From an uncultured Gemmatimonadales bacterium (GTDB taxonomy: Bacteria > Gemmatimonadota > Gemmatimonadetes > Longimicrobiales > RSA9), in the NCBI GenBank assembly GCA_963798085.1, contig CAWCRS010000007.1:32001-96000 (forward strand): 64,000 nt of DNA. Direction: 5' to 3'. The position numbers and the translations under genes were made by a program. Shown one piece after another: positions 1-10,830 of this stretch. A model generated the notes under the pieces. It was given only the letters and a program-made list of their open reading frames with translations, was not told the DNA's origin and ran no database searches. Numbering within the stretch: the stretch's first letter is position 1; each line of letters begins with the position of its first letter.

Positions 1-563
1 AGCGCGTGATGATCGCCATGGCGCTCTCCTGTGATCCGGACCTGCTCATCGCGGATGAGCCCACCACTGCGCTCAATGTCACGATCCAGGCGCAGATCCT
101 CGAGCTGCTGGGCGGGCTGCAGCAGCGCCTGGGCATGGCGCTGATGCTCATCACCCACGACCTGGGCGTGGTGGCCGGCGTATGCGATCGCGTGCTCGTG
201 ATGTATGCGGGCCGCATCGTCGAGGAAGGCCCGGTTGCGCAGATCTTCGCCGATCCGCGGCACCCGTACACGCAGGGATTGCTGCGCGCGATTCCGCGAC
301 TGGACCACGCGGCGCGCCGGCTCGAAGTGATTCCCGGCCAGGTGCCCAGCCCCGCGTCCTGGCCCACGGGCTGCCGCTTCCATCCGCGCTGTCCCTTCGC
401 CTGGGAACAGTGCGCGGCTCAGGAGCCGGACCTGCTCGCGCTGACACCCGATCACCGTTCGCGCTGCTGGCTCGAAACCCATCCGGAACGGCGGCAGACA
501 CGGCCGATGGACGGCGCTTCCGCTGCGCGGGTCAACACGCCTGACGCACGCGGCGAGGCGTGA
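1..563 (+). CDS. dppD: Oligopeptide/dipeptide ABC transporter ATP-binding protein (5' truncated by window edge)
   Basis: [11 protein letters not shown]alker B region, ITHDLGVV switch, HPYTQGLL and GCRFHPRC oligopeptide C-terminal extension. Confidence 0.92.
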   Translation, partial: RVMIAMALSCDPDLLIADEPTTALNVTIQAQILELLGGLQQRLGMALMLITHDLGVVAGVCDRVLVMYAGRIVEEGPVAQIFADPRHPYTQGLLRAIPRLDHAARRLEVIPGQVPSPASWPTGCRFHPRCPFAWEQCAAQEPDLLALTPDHRSRCWLETHPERRQTRPMDGASAARVNTPDARGEA

Positions 564-1684
564 TGGACACTGCGAACACGCCTGTTGACGCGGTTGCGGA
601 TACGACCGGCCTGTCCGCGGCGCTGCCGCCGGCGCGCGGCAACAGCGACACGGGTGGCCGGCTGCTCGAAGATCTGCGCCGACCTGATGACACGCTGTTA
701 GAGGTGCGCGGCCTGGTGAAATACTTCCCGGTGCGCAGCGGCCTGTTCGGTCGCGCGGCGGGCGCGGTGCGTGCGGTGGATGGGGTGACGTTCCACGTGC
801 GCCGCGGAGAAACGCTCGGACTGGTGGGCGAGTCGGGGTCGGGCAAGACCACCGCGGGCCGGGCACTGCTCCGGCTCATCGAGCCGGGCGCTGGCGAAGT
901 GTGGTTCGACGGTGAAGATGTGCGTGCGCTGGACCGTGAAGGGCTGCGTCGCCTGCGCCGCCGCGCACAGATCGTGTTCCAGGACCCGTTCGGTTCGCTG
1001 GATCCGCGACTCACGGTCGGTGATGCGCTGCGTGAAGTGCTGCACGTGCACGGCCTGGCGCGGAGTCACAGGGAAGCGCGCGTACGCGAGCTGCTCAGCC
1101 TCGTCGGTCTGGCACCGGAGCACGCCGCGCGTTATCCGCACGAGTTCAGCGGCGGCCAGCGGCAGCGTATCGGCATTGCCCGGGCGTTGTCGGTGGAGCC
1201 CGAATTCCTGGTCTGCGACGAGCCGGTTTCCGCGCTCGACGTTTCCGTGCAGGCCCAGGTGCTCAATCTGCTCGTGGATCTGCAGCGCCAGCTCGGTCTC
1301 GCGTACCTGTTCATTGCGCATGACCTGGCCGTGGTGCGTCACGTGAGCGATCGCATCGCCGTGATGTACCTGGGCCGCATTGTCGAGCTGGCAACCGCGG
1401 ATGCCCTGGTGTCGTCGCCTCGCCACCCGTACACGCAGGCGCTGCTGTCTGCAGTGCCCGAAGCCAGGCCGGGCGGGCACACCAGCCAGCGCGTGATTCT
1501 GCGTGGCGACATCCCCAACCCCGCTGCGCCGCCACCGGGGTGTCCATTCCACCCGCGCTGCCAGCACCCTCTGCGTGACGCCGATTGCGCAAGCATCCGC
1601 CCGCCGCTCGCGGAGAAGGCCAGCGGTCATTTTGCGGCGTGCATCAAGGAGCGCTCGCTGCCGTTGGCACCCGGGAGCGACTGA
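560..1684 (+). CDS. dppF: Oligopeptide/dipeptide ABC transporter ATP-binding protein
   Basis: GESGSGKT Walker A, FSGGQRQR signature, [16 protein letters not shown]; overlaps upstream stop codon. Confidence 0.95.
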   Translation: MMDTANTPVDAVADTTGLSAALPPARGNSDTGGRLLEDLRRPDDTLLEVRGLVKYFPVRSGLFGRAAGAVRAVDGVTFHVRRGETLGLVGESGSGKTTAGRALLRLIEPGAGEVWFDGEDVRALDREGLRRLRRRAQIVFQDPFGSLDPRLTVGDALREVLHVHGLARSHREARVRELLSLVGLAPEHAARYPHEFSGGQRQRIGIARALSVEPEFLVCDEPVSALDVSVQAQVLNLLVDLQRQLGLAYLFIAHDLAVVRHVSDRIAVMYLGRIVELATADALVSSPRHPYTQALLSAVPEARPGGHTSQRVILRGDIPNPAAPPPGCPFHPRCQHPLRDADCASIRPPLAEKASGHFAACIKERSLPLAPGSD

Positions 1685-1852
1685 AACGGGCACCCGCACA
1701 CGCATTCCGGGTAACGCACTGGAGACTACCCACCGCGGTTCAACAGCAGTCGAGCGCAGCCGCAAATGACCCCGAGCCGTACCCATGAAGCAGGGCAGGG
1801 ACTGCCTGCACGGTCCCCTTCCGTTGCCGGGGCCCGCGCCAAGCAGTCTGTT

Positions 1853-3253
1853 ATGCGGCACGCCCTCCCGCTGGTCGTCGCGATCCTGACGGCAGCGGCC
1901 TGCTCGCACCGCGGCCGGCAGGGTGCACGCGGCCCCGAGCCGCGCACCGATGGGCCGGTGTCGGCACCGCTCCAGACCTACCAGCAGCTGGGCTTCGTGG
2001 CCGGGCCGGGCTTCTTTCCGGCGGTCGCGGATTTCGCCACCATCGCCGGCCCCGGCGATTCCACATACGTGCTGTTCGGCCTGTCACTGCCCAACAGCGC
2101 ATTACGCTTCCAGCGCGACCCCGACGGCTTCGTCGCCGACTACAACGTCACGCTCAACTTCGCCACCCGCGATTCGCAGGTGGTCAAACGCGTGACGCGT
2201 GCTGAGTCCGTTCGCATTCCCTCGTTCCAGGAAACCGGCCGCATTGATGAGAGCATCGTGTTCCAGCAGCTGGTGTCGCTGCCACCGGGCGAGTACGTGG
2301 TCACACTGCAGGCTGGCGATGCCAACAGCTCGCGCGGCTTTCGTGCGACGGACACGATTTCCGTGCCCTCGTACACGGGGGACGGACTGCGGCTGGCACA
2401 ACCCGTCGTCGTCTACGAGGGCAAAGGCCGCGCCGCCACTGACTCCGCGCCCGACCTGATCCTGAATCCGCGGCACACCATCGCGTACGGCGGCGAGGCA
2501 CCGCGTGTCTACCTCGAAGCGTATCACGCGGAGCAGCCGGCGCCCGTGACGCTCAGCGTCGTGGACGAAAGCGGCAATCACGTCTGGAGCGCTCGCACGA
2601 CAATCACGGAAGGAAACACCGCGTTGCGCCGCGCGCTCGTGGATCTGCCCGAAGGTGTGCTGCCGCTGGGCAAGCTCTTTGTCGAAGTCCGCTCCGCCGA
2701 CGGCGGTATTGCACAGCGCTCGCCACTCGTGATCAGCATATCCGATCAGTGGATGGTCTCCAACTTCGAGGAAGTGCTGCGCTTCCTCGAGTTCATCGGG
2801 ACGCGCGAGGAAATCGATTCGCTGCGCAACGGCTCGCCCCAGGATCGACGGCGGCTCTGGGAAGACTTCTGGGCGAGGCGTGATCCGCTGCCGGCCACGC
2901 CGGCCAATGAGTTCCGGGACGAGTTCTTCGAGCGCGTCCGCTACGCTGTCGAGCAGTTTTCCGAAGCCGGTGGTCAGCCCGGCTGGAACACCGACCGCGG
3001 CCGTGTCTACATCGTGCTCGGGCCGCCTTCCTTCGCGGAGGAGCGCTACATCGGGCGAACTGAATACGTCGGCCGCCCCAACGGCTGGGAATGGATGTAC
3101 GAAAACGCGCCCGGCGGCCGCCTGGTCCTGCTGTTCCTGGACCGCGGTGGCTTCGGCCGCTACGAACTCACTGCTTCCTCGGAATCCGCGTTCCGCGCCA
3201 TTGCGGATCGATTGAAGGTCAGGACGGAGAAGAAGTCAGAGTCGGGTTCCTGA
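1853..3253 (+). CDS. GWxTD domain-containing lipoprotein
   Basis: GWNTDRGRVYIVLGPP and FWARRDP..TPANEF motifs; N-terminal MRHALPLVVAILTAAAC lipobox-like signal. Confidence 0.88.
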   Translation: MRHALPLVVAILTAAACSHRGRQGARGPEPRTDGPVSAPLQTYQQLGFVAGPGFFPAVADFATIAGPGDSTYVLFGLSLPNSALRFQRDPDGFVADYNVTLNFATRDSQVVKRVTRAESVRIPSFQETGRIDESIVFQQLVSLPPGEYVVTLQAGDANSSRGFRATDTISVPSYTGDGLRLAQPVVVYEGKGRAATDSAPDLILNPRHTIAYGGEAPRVYLEAYHAEQPAPVTLSVVDESGNHVWSARTTITEGNTALRRALVDLPEGVLPLGKLFVEVRSADGGIAQRSPLVISISDQWMVSNFEEVLRFLEFIGTREEIDSLRNGSPQDRRRLWEDFWARRDPLPATPANEFRDEFFERVRYAVEQFSEAGGQPGWNTDRGRVYIVLGPPSFAEERYIGRTEYVGRPNGWEWMYENAPGGRLVLLFLDRGGFGRYELTASSESAFRAIADRLKVRTEKKSESGS

Positions 3254-3382
3254 CCCGTGGCGAAAGGCCTGCCCGCCTGTCACAAGGCGACCTCTGGGAT
3301 AGTTGATTCTCGTTGAGGCACCTGCGGCAGGCCGGCGAGGCTGCCTTCGCCTGCCGAACTTCCCCGCCTCACGGAGCCACGC

Positions 3383-4222
3383 ATGCGTCACCTCCGGCTG
3401 CTGGCGCTGGCGGCAAACGGGCTGCTGCTGCCAGTCGCTTTGTCAGCGCAGACAATCGTGGGCCGAATCGTCGACGAAGCGACCCGGGCTCCCGTCAATC
3501 AGGCCGACATCGCTCTCCTCGACGGCAGTGGCCTGCGCCGCGCCAACGCCCTCGCGGACAGCCTCGGCAACTTCCGCCTCGCGCCACCCGTCGCCGGCGC
3601 CTACACGCTGCGCGTTCAGCACATCGCATACACGCCGTGGACCTCCGCGAAGATCGAGGTGGGCAACAGCGAGGTGGTCGAGATCGAGATCCGGCTCGGT
3701 CGCACCGTAATTCCGCTGCAGCCGCTTGTAGTGACAGCGCGCACGCGCGACAACAGCCGCCTGGCCGGTTTCAACCAGCGGCGCCGCAGCTCGAGCTTCG
3801 GGCGTTTCCTCACGCGTGCCGACATCGAGACTCGATCCGCCAGTCGCACCAGCGATCTGCTGCGTGTGATGCCCGGCGTCGCCGTCACGCCGGTCAACCT
3901 GCGCGGCCGTGCCGGACCGGAGCGCAGTCTCATCGGCATGCGCAGTTCCGCAGGCCTCTGTGATCCCGCCTTCTTCATCGACGGCGTTCGCGTGCACCAG
4001 AGCGCGGAAAGCACCCTTGACGACGTGCTGACGCCGGAAATGCTCAATGGCGTGGAAGTCTACACGGTCTCCGGCGCCGCGCCGGCGCAGTTCGCGGTGC
4101 CCGGCAGCTGCGGTGTGGTGCTCTTCTGGACCCGCCAGGGAGAGGGCAACGCGAAGTGGAGCTGGAAGCGCTTCGTCGTCGCCGCCACGGGAATCGCACT
4201 GCTCATCGTGTTGTTGCGCTGA
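3383..4222 (+). CDS. Carboxypeptidase-regulatory-like domain + TonB-receptor plug-like domain protein with C-terminal TM helix
   Basis: Signal peptide, IVGRIVDEATRAPV...GNFRL...GAYTLRV, DLLRVMPGV, GVEVY, CGVVLFWTR; hydrophobic C-terminus. Confidence 0.75.
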   Translation: MRHLRLLALAANGLLLPVALSAQTIVGRIVDEATRAPVNQADIALLDGSGLRRANALADSLGNFRLAPPVAGAYTLRVQHIAYTPWTSAKIEVGNSEVVEIEIRLGRTVIPLQPLVVTARTRDNSRLAGFNQRRRSSSFGRFLTRADIETRSASRTSDLLRVMPGVAVTPVNLRGRAGPERSLIGMRSSAGLCDPAFFIDGVRVHQSAESTLDDVLTPEMLNGVEVYTVSGAAPAQFAVPGSCGVVLFWTRQGEGNAKWSWKRFVVAATGIALLIVLLR

Positions 4223-4404
4223 TTCGCGGCAGCGCCTGCGTCGCGCATTTGCACCACGCCCATCGCATGGGTGCGCCTCGACTTGGAACCACTGGCTTCC
4301 GAAACTATATTAGGATCGTCAATGTCCAACCTCGCCCCTTCCCCGGGGTGGGATCGCGTTCGATCCAGTAGTAGGGGATCGTACCTTCTACACAAGCCTC
4401 GAGG

Positions 4405-6840
4405 ATGATAATGGGCTCGCGATCCGCCTCGCTCTTCCTGCTCAGCGCGAGCTGCGTGTTGCTGTCACCCGTGCACACCAGAGCTGCAGAGAGAAGATCC
4501 GCCGATTCACCATTCAGCCTCAGCCGCGTCGCATGGTTGAACGCTAACACCTGGCGAGGCACGCCGCGCGGCAATCGCGTGCCGGAAGCCGCACTGCGCG
4601 CGCTCGAGGAGAAGCGGTTCTTCCACGCGAGTCTGCTGCTGCGCGATTACCTGGCGACGCTCAATGACACCACGCCGGCGGATCGATTGCTCGCGGGCAG
4701 GGCGGAAGCGGGCTGGGGTGACTGGGAGCGCGTCGCCGCGCTGCTGGCGGGGCAGAACTGGCTCGACTCCGTGAGCGACGGCCTCGGCTGGTGGCTGCTC
4801 GGTCGCAGCTACTACGACAGCGGGCAGTGGGATCAGAGTCGCAGCGCGCTCGCGCGCTACCTGGAGGTCACTCCGGCGAGCAACGCCCGACAGCGTGGCC
4901 TGGCCGAGCTGTACCGTGGCCACGCCGCGCGCGAGGCCGGCGCCGAGTCCGATGCGGTTGCCGCCTACGACCGGGCGGCCGCCCTGCTGCCTGATGCCGC
5001 CGACTGGATCGGACTCCAGAGCGTCGCTGCCCTCGCTTCGACCGGCGATACGGCGCAGGTCAACGCCCGACTTGCCAGCATGGACGGTGAGCTGGCCCGG
5101 GAATGGGGTTGGCGCCACCGCGTGCGCGCGTTCCGTGCGGCCGCGGATCTGAAGGGCGCGGCCGGTGTGGCATTGAAGGCGACGACGCAGCTCGTCGCGT
5201 CCGGTCGTCGCGCCGAAGCCTGGGTCGAGCTGGGCTCGTTGCGCTCCGAACTGGGCGATCCCGCTGGTGCCCGCGAGGCGTTCCGCAACGCCATCAGCAC
5301 TGCACCCGGGAGCAGCGGCGCCGTGGATGGCGCCCGGCTGCTGGGCGACATGAAGGGGCTCACGGCCGATGATCGGCTGCTCATCGGCCAGCTCTACCTG
5401 CGGGTCGGCAACCTGCAGCGCGGCACTGCCGGCATTCAGGCGTACCTGAACGCGGGCAAGGGCAGCGCCGGCGAGCGCGAACATTTGCGTTATCAGATCG
5501 CCAATGCGTGGTTCCGGAGCGGTCGCTACGACGATTCCGAGCGCGTGTTGCTGGGCATCGCACGCCGCAACATCGTGCCCTCGCTGGGCGCCGACGCACT
5601 CTTCCTCGCCGGTCGCGCGCAGTATCGCGACGGGCGCACCACACAGGCTCGAAAGACATTTCTCGAGGTCGCGTCCCGCTACCCGAAGCAGGATGCGGCC
5701 GCCGAAGCAATGTACCTTTCGGCGGACCTCGATCACGATGACGGCAACCTCGAACTCGCCGAGGAGCGCTACCGTCGCACGATCCGGTATCCGGGCGATG
5801 TCGATGAGGTCGGCCTCGCGCACATGCGCCTCGGCGGCATTGCCTATCAGCAGGAAGACTGGACAGGCGCGCGCAAGGCGTTCGAGACCTACCGCTCCGC
5901 CTACCCGAACGGGCGGCGTTACGTGCAGGCCAGCTACTGGTCAGCCCTGAGCAGTCGGAAGCTGGGCGACGACTCGCTCGCCAACGCCCGTCTCGAGGAA
6001 GTGCTTCGGCTGGATCCGTTCTCCTACTACGGCGGCCATGCCGCGAGTCTCCTGGGAAGGTCGTTCTGGGATGTGCCGCTTCGCCTCTCGCCGCCGCCTG
6101 ACTCCGCAGCCACTGCCAGCGTCAGGGACGCCATGCGCCGCGTCGATCTCCTTCGTGACATGGACTGGAAGGACGCCGCGGATTACGAGGTGGATCGCGT
6201 GCGCCGGCGCTTCGCGGGTTCGAAGAGCGCGCAGTACGAATTGGCCGAGGCGCTCGACCAGCGTGGCTACACGACCATTGCGATCGGCATAGGCTGGGAA
6301 CTGTTCCGCAGGGAAGGCGGCTGGAGCGACCGGTTGCTCCGGATCATCTACCCGTTTCCCTGGCAGGACATCGTCGTCGCCGAGGCGGATGAGGCCGGTG
6401 TCGATCCCTTCATAGCGGCTGCGCTGATCCGACAGGAGTCGATGTTCAACGCGAATGCGGTAAGCCCGAAGGGCGCCGTGGGCCTCATGCAGGTCCTGCC
6501 CGCAACCGGATCGGTGCTGGCGCGACAGCTGGGCATGAAGCACTTCCGCGCCGACCTGCTCACCCATCCCGAGCTGAATGCCCACCTGGGCACCCGCTTC
6601 CTGGCCGACCAGTTGCAGAGCTTCGGCGGCCGGCTACCGGTTGTGCTGGCGGCATACAACGCCGGGCCCAACCGGATCGACCGCTGGCAGGAATTCCCCG
6701 AGTTCGCGGACGACGAGCAGTTCGCCGAGCGCATTCCGTTCGCCGAGACGCGGGACTACGTCAAGATCGTCCAGAACAACGCCCGCATTTACGAGGCCCT
6801 GTACAAGCCGGCCATCGAGGCACGCAAGATCGACCGTTGA
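4405..6840 (+). CDS. TPR-containing soluble lytic transglycosylase (Slt70-like)
   Basis: TPR-like helical repeats; C-terminal IRQESMF, GAVGLMQ, AAYNAGP and ETRDYV SLT motifs. Confidence 0.9.
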   Translation: MIMGSRSASLFLLSASCVLLSPVHTRAAERRSADSPFSLSRVAWLNANTWRGTPRGNRVPEAALRALEEKRFFHASLLLRDYLATLNDTTPADRLLAGRAEAGWGDWERVAALLAGQNWLDSVSDGLGWWLLGRSYYDSGQWDQSRSALARYLEVTPASNARQRGLAELYRGHAAREAGAESDAVAAYDRAAALLPDAADWIGLQSVAALASTGDTAQVNARLASMDGELAREWGWRHRVRAFRAAADLKGAAGVALKATTQLVASGRRAEAWVELGSLRSELGDPAGAREAFRNAISTAPGSSGAVDGARLLGDMKGLTADDRLLIGQLYLRVGNLQRGTAGIQAYLNAGKGSAGEREHLRYQIANAWFRSGRYDDSERVLLGIARRNIVPSLGADALFLAGRAQYRDGRTTQARKTFLEVASRYPKQDAAAEAMYLSADLDHDDGNLELAEERYRRTIRYPGDVDEVGLAHMRLGGIAYQQEDWTGARKAFETYRSAYPNGRRYVQASYWSALSSRKLGDDSLANARLEEVLRLDPFSYYGGHAASLLGRSFWDVPLRLSPPPDSAATASVRDAMRRVDLLRDMDWKDAADYEVDRVRRRFAGSKSAQYELAEALDQRGYTTIAIGIGWELFRREGGWSDRLLRIIYPFPWQDIVVAEADEAGVDPFIAAALIRQESMFNANAVSPKGAVGLMQVLPATGSVLARQLGMKHFRADLLTHPELNAHLGTRFLADQLQSFGGRLPVVLAAYNAGPNRIDRWQEFPEFADDEQFAERIPFAETRDYVKIVQNNARIYEALYKPAIEARKIDR

Positions 6841-6984
6841 CCGCAGGACCAACCCGGCGTGGGTGGCCCAGGTCAAACCGCGTCGGGTCGCCATTTTAGC
6901 TGCAGCAGACTCAAGGCCAAATGCGTCGCCTGCCGACACTCATGTCATGCAGACAGGGGACGATTTTCCAGCTACCCCCGGCTC

Positions 6985-9067
6985 ATGGACGAAATCAGCC
7001 GCGAGAGGGCGGCCACATTGGAAAGCCGAAGCGAAACCACCGGCTCTGAAGCGTCCGCCGACAGGCGAGCGCTTACACCGGAGGTGTCGCACTTTCTCGT
7101 CCAGCTCTCCATAGCGCTGCACAAGACGGTTACCTATCCCGCCGGCCATCCTGCCCTCGAATCCGCAGTCCGCGGCCTGACACTTCGACTGAACGCCGTG
7201 CTCACTGACCGGCAGAGCGTGGGCATTGGCGTGGCTCGCGACAAACTGGTCATTGAAGGGGGCACGACAGATCCGGGAAACGCGGTGCTGCGAGGCCTCG
7301 CCGAAGCACTCCACCGTCACCAGATCGGCGCACTGCGTTTCGAGCGCGGTGTCTCGCCCGCTGAAGTATCGGGCCTGCTCACGGCACTCGCCGTGGACAC
7401 GCGGCAGAACCCGCCCATGGGTACGGACGAAGAAGCGCTGCGACGCTGGTCCTCGATCAAGCTCCTGCCGATCGCGCTGGACGAGCTGGAACTGGCCAAC
7501 GGCGAGCGCAGGGCGTCGCGGGCCGAGCAGCTCTGGCTCTCGCTGGCCGCCGCCACGCTGCACCGCGATCCGACGGATGAAATGAGCGGAGATGCGGTTT
7601 CTGCGCAGCTCGCGCGCGCCATCCGCGGCAACGTGCAGGACGCCAGCTATGACCGCGTCATTGCCGAGTACATGCTGCAGGTGGGTAAGGAGCTGGTAGA
7701 CAAGGGCGGGACCGCGACGCAGGTGGCCGATCAGTTCGGCGAGCTCGTCGCTGAGCTGGGTGACGACACACTGCGCATGCTGCTGGAGCTGGGCGCCGAC
7801 CTCGCCTCCCGCAAACAGCTCATTCTCGACCTCAGTCGTGCGCTTCCCGCGCGCTCCGTCGTGACGCTCACGCGCGCCGCGGCCAATGCATCCAAACAGG
7901 GCATTTCGGATGCTCTGCTGCGTCTCTTCGGCAAGATGGCTGCGAACGCGGAAACGCATTCCGGTCCGGTCTCGGCTGCTTCCGATGTGGTCCTGCGCGA
8001 TGCGATAGGCCAGCTGGTCGAGGGCTGGACGCTGGCCGATCCCAATCCTGAACGCTACCGCGAACTGCTGCGCTATCTCTCCGTCACGGGTCGGAAAACA
8101 GAAGCGACGGCGGAAACAGCCTCGCACGTGGACGCCCTGATGATCGTGCACGTGGCGCTCGAAACCGGCGCTACGGGGCAGTCCGTCTGGCGGGCACTCG
8201 ACGAGCTCATCACCTACGGTCGCCTTACAGAATGTCATGGCAGCACTGACCTTGGCCGACGAGGGCAAGGCCACCGCCGCGTTCCGTGACTACCTCGTGA
8301 ATCCTGCCCGCATCAAGGCCGTGCTCGCCGTGCAGCAGGATCGCCAGGCGGTCGACCAGCTGCTCGACTGGACCGGGCTGACCGCGGCCGCCGCCATGCT
8401 CGACGCACTGGAGACAGCCGATTCGCGCGCCACGCGTCGCCAGATCATGGGCCGCCTTGCCTCCATGGGCGCCGAAATCGGACCGCTCATCCTCGAACGA
8501 CTCGAGCGCGGCCCCTGGTTTGTGCAGCGCAACATGCTCTATCTGCTGGGCGAAATGGAGCGCATTCCGTCCGGCTTCTCGCCGCAGTCGTTCCTCGAGC
8601 ACGAGGATCCGCGCGTGCGGCGCGAGGCGATCAAGGTGGCGCTGCGCGTGCCCGGCTGGCGTGAGGAGGCCATCATCGCAGGCCTCGCGGATGGCGACAC
8701 GCGCATGCTGAACCTCGTACTAGGCGCCGCGCTCGAAGGCTCCCCACCGGGCATAGCCCGCCCGCTGATCCGCCTTCTGGAGACAACGCCACTCGAGACC
8801 GGACTGCGCACGCTGGCGATACGCGTGCTTTCACACACCCGCGCCTCCGACGCTCGTGACTGGCTGATCGACCGGGTGCTGCGACGGCGGCGTCTGTTCA
8901 GCCGCGGCGCGCTGGCGCCCAAATCGCCCGAGATGATCGTGGCACTGCGCGCCCTCAACCTTTACTGGCCCACGCACCCGCGCGCGTCACGTGTCCTGCG
9001 CATCGCGGCGCGCAGCGAAGACCGTGAGATCCGCGAAGTCACAGAATCGCTGGAGCCCCACCTGTGA
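6985..9067 (+). CDS. HEAT-repeat protein (frame break near 8230-8240)
   Basis: ORFs 6859-8289 and 8237-9067 join; WFVQRNMLYLLGE and HEDPRVRREAI PBS-lyase/HEAT-like repeats. Confidence 0.75.
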
Positions 9068-10293
9068 GCGAGCCGTCACACGTTCTCGCCACACTGGGCC
9101 AGGCGCTGTCCGCAATGCGCTTCTACAACGAGGGCCATCCGGCTCGCGAGCGCGCCATCAGCGCCGCATTCGAGGAAGTCGAGCTGCTGCTGGAGGAGGA
9201 TCGGAGTCCGCGCTTCACGTTCGTCGAAGGCGAAGCCGTCTATCACCGCCGCTTGCTGCGCGAGCTGCGTGACTGGGACTGGGCCAGCAAGCTGGAGGCG
9301 GCCGGCGTGCAGCGCATCGAGTTCACGCCCGCCGTGACGATCGAAGACTATCAGAGGTTCCTGCGCGATCTCGTCGACCGCATGAATGGCGGTGGCGGCT
9401 GGAACGCGGTGGCTCAGCCAGATCGCACCCACGGGCATCCGCTACGGCGCGGTGGGCTTCCGCGATGATGAATCCGGCCAGCCCACCACAGACCTGACCG
9501 GCCGCAAGATGTCACTCTCGCTCGACAACGAGATCGCCGCCGTCGAGTGGATCCACAGTGAAGTGCGCGACCGCCACCAGCTCCCGCTTCTGGAGGCCGA
9601 AGTGGTGGTGCGCTCGCTGGCCCTCGCCATCCACCAGGAAAGCCAGGTCGTGCTGCCGTTGCTCCAGCTCAAGGAGTTCGATCAGTACACTACCACGCAC
9701 TCCTGCAATGTCGCGGTGCTCGCTACCGCGTTCTCCGAACATCTCGGCTTCGAGCCCGCGCACGCGCGCGATCTCTCGGCGTTTGCGGGCTGCTGCACGA
9801 CATCGGCAAGGTCTACATCCCGCGCGATGTGCTGATCAAGCCAGGTCGTCTCACTGAATCGGAGCGCCGCGTCATCGAGCGCCATCCCACGGAAGGTGCG
9901 CGCATCCTGATCGAACGCGAGCGCAACCTCGACCTCGCGGCGGTGGTTTCGTACGAGCACCACCGCTGGATGGATGGCCAAGGCTACCCCGCCGTACGCT
10001 TCGACCGCTCCTGTCACCTCGCCAGCCGCCTGGTCCAGATCTGCGACGTCTTCGATGCACTCTGCACGGATCGTCCGTATCGACCCGGCCTCCACCCGGA
10101 GTCTGCACTCGAGACCATTGAGTCGGAGGCCGGCAGCCACTTCGACCCGAACCTGGTTAGCGCTTTCACTAGTATGGTGCGCAACTCGTTCCTGCAGTTC
10201 ACACCCATCACTTCCGAGGCTGCCGATCACCTGATCGATCCGCTGCCGAAGGGCCCGGCCGAAGCCGCAACCCCATCGGACCCGATAGCGTAA
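9064..10293 (+). CDS. HD-GYP domain protein, putative c-di-GMP phosphodiesterase (frame breaks near 9420 and 9780)
   Basis: [17 protein letters not shown] (from 9790), [18 protein letters not shown]...RPYR across three overlapping ORFs. Confidence 0.88.
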
Positions 10294-10448
10294 ATCATTC
10301 TTTCATAATTCTTTACAAGTTTCGACAACGGCTGTTTCAAGCGCGGCGGCGAGGGTCCGGACCGTGACCTCCCCCACGTCTCGCCGAGGGTCGATCCGTG
10401 GCCCGGAAATGGCGATTCATGGCCGATTTAACGGAGGTAACGTTTTTC

Positions 10449-10478
10449 TTGACACTTGCACACAATCGCGCATACCTT
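10449..10478 (+). promoter_or_regulatory. sigma70-type promoter of cspA
   Basis: TTGACA (10449-10454), 18-nt spacer, TACCTT (10473-10478); AGGAGG RBS at 10520-10525. Confidence 0.6.
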
Positions 10479-10531
10479 CGTCCACCGCAGCACTGTTGCT
10501 GCCGGTGGCAACCCTTCGTAGGAGGCAGGTA

Positions 10532-10738
10532 ATGGCCAGAGGGAAGGTGAAGTGGTTCAATGACGCCAAGGGGTACGGCTTCATTGAGCAGCCGGGTGGC
10601 GAGGATGTGTTCGTCCACTTCTCAGCCATCACGATGGAGGGTTTCAAAACTCTCGCCGAAGGTGAGGAAGTCGAGTTCGAGGTTCGCCAGACAGACAAAG
10701 GCCTTCAGGCCGCGAATGTCAGCCGGCTGAGCACGTAA
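10532..10738 (+). CDS. cspA: Cold-shock protein
   Basis: [18 protein letters not shown]...[12 protein letters not shown] motifs; strong RBS. Confidence 0.97.
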   Translation: MARGKVKWFNDAKGYGFIEQPGGEDVFVHFSAITMEGFKTLAEGEEVEFEVRQTDKGLQAANVSRLST

Positions 10739-10772
10739 CTCGATCCCTCTGGGCCGCGTCCGCGTAACGGGG

Positions 10773-10802
10773 GCCCCGCCGACCCGCCGGCGGGGCGTTT
10801 CG
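10773..10802 (+). terminator. Probable intrinsic terminator after cspA
   Basis: GCCCCGCCG-acccgc-CGGCGGGGC 9-bp stem followed by GTTTCGTGTT. Confidence 0.6.
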
Positions 10803-10830
10803 TGTTCCAACGGGGTAATCAAGCGACCGC

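Noticed and set aside
54..83. D-loop Asp-to-Asn in DppD (DEPTTALNV)
   Set aside because: A single-base difference in an error-prone assembly; cannot be interpreted without reads
4223..4404. Possible ncRNA or riboswitch before the Slt gene
   Set aside because: Only short imperfect hairpins; no known family motif recognised
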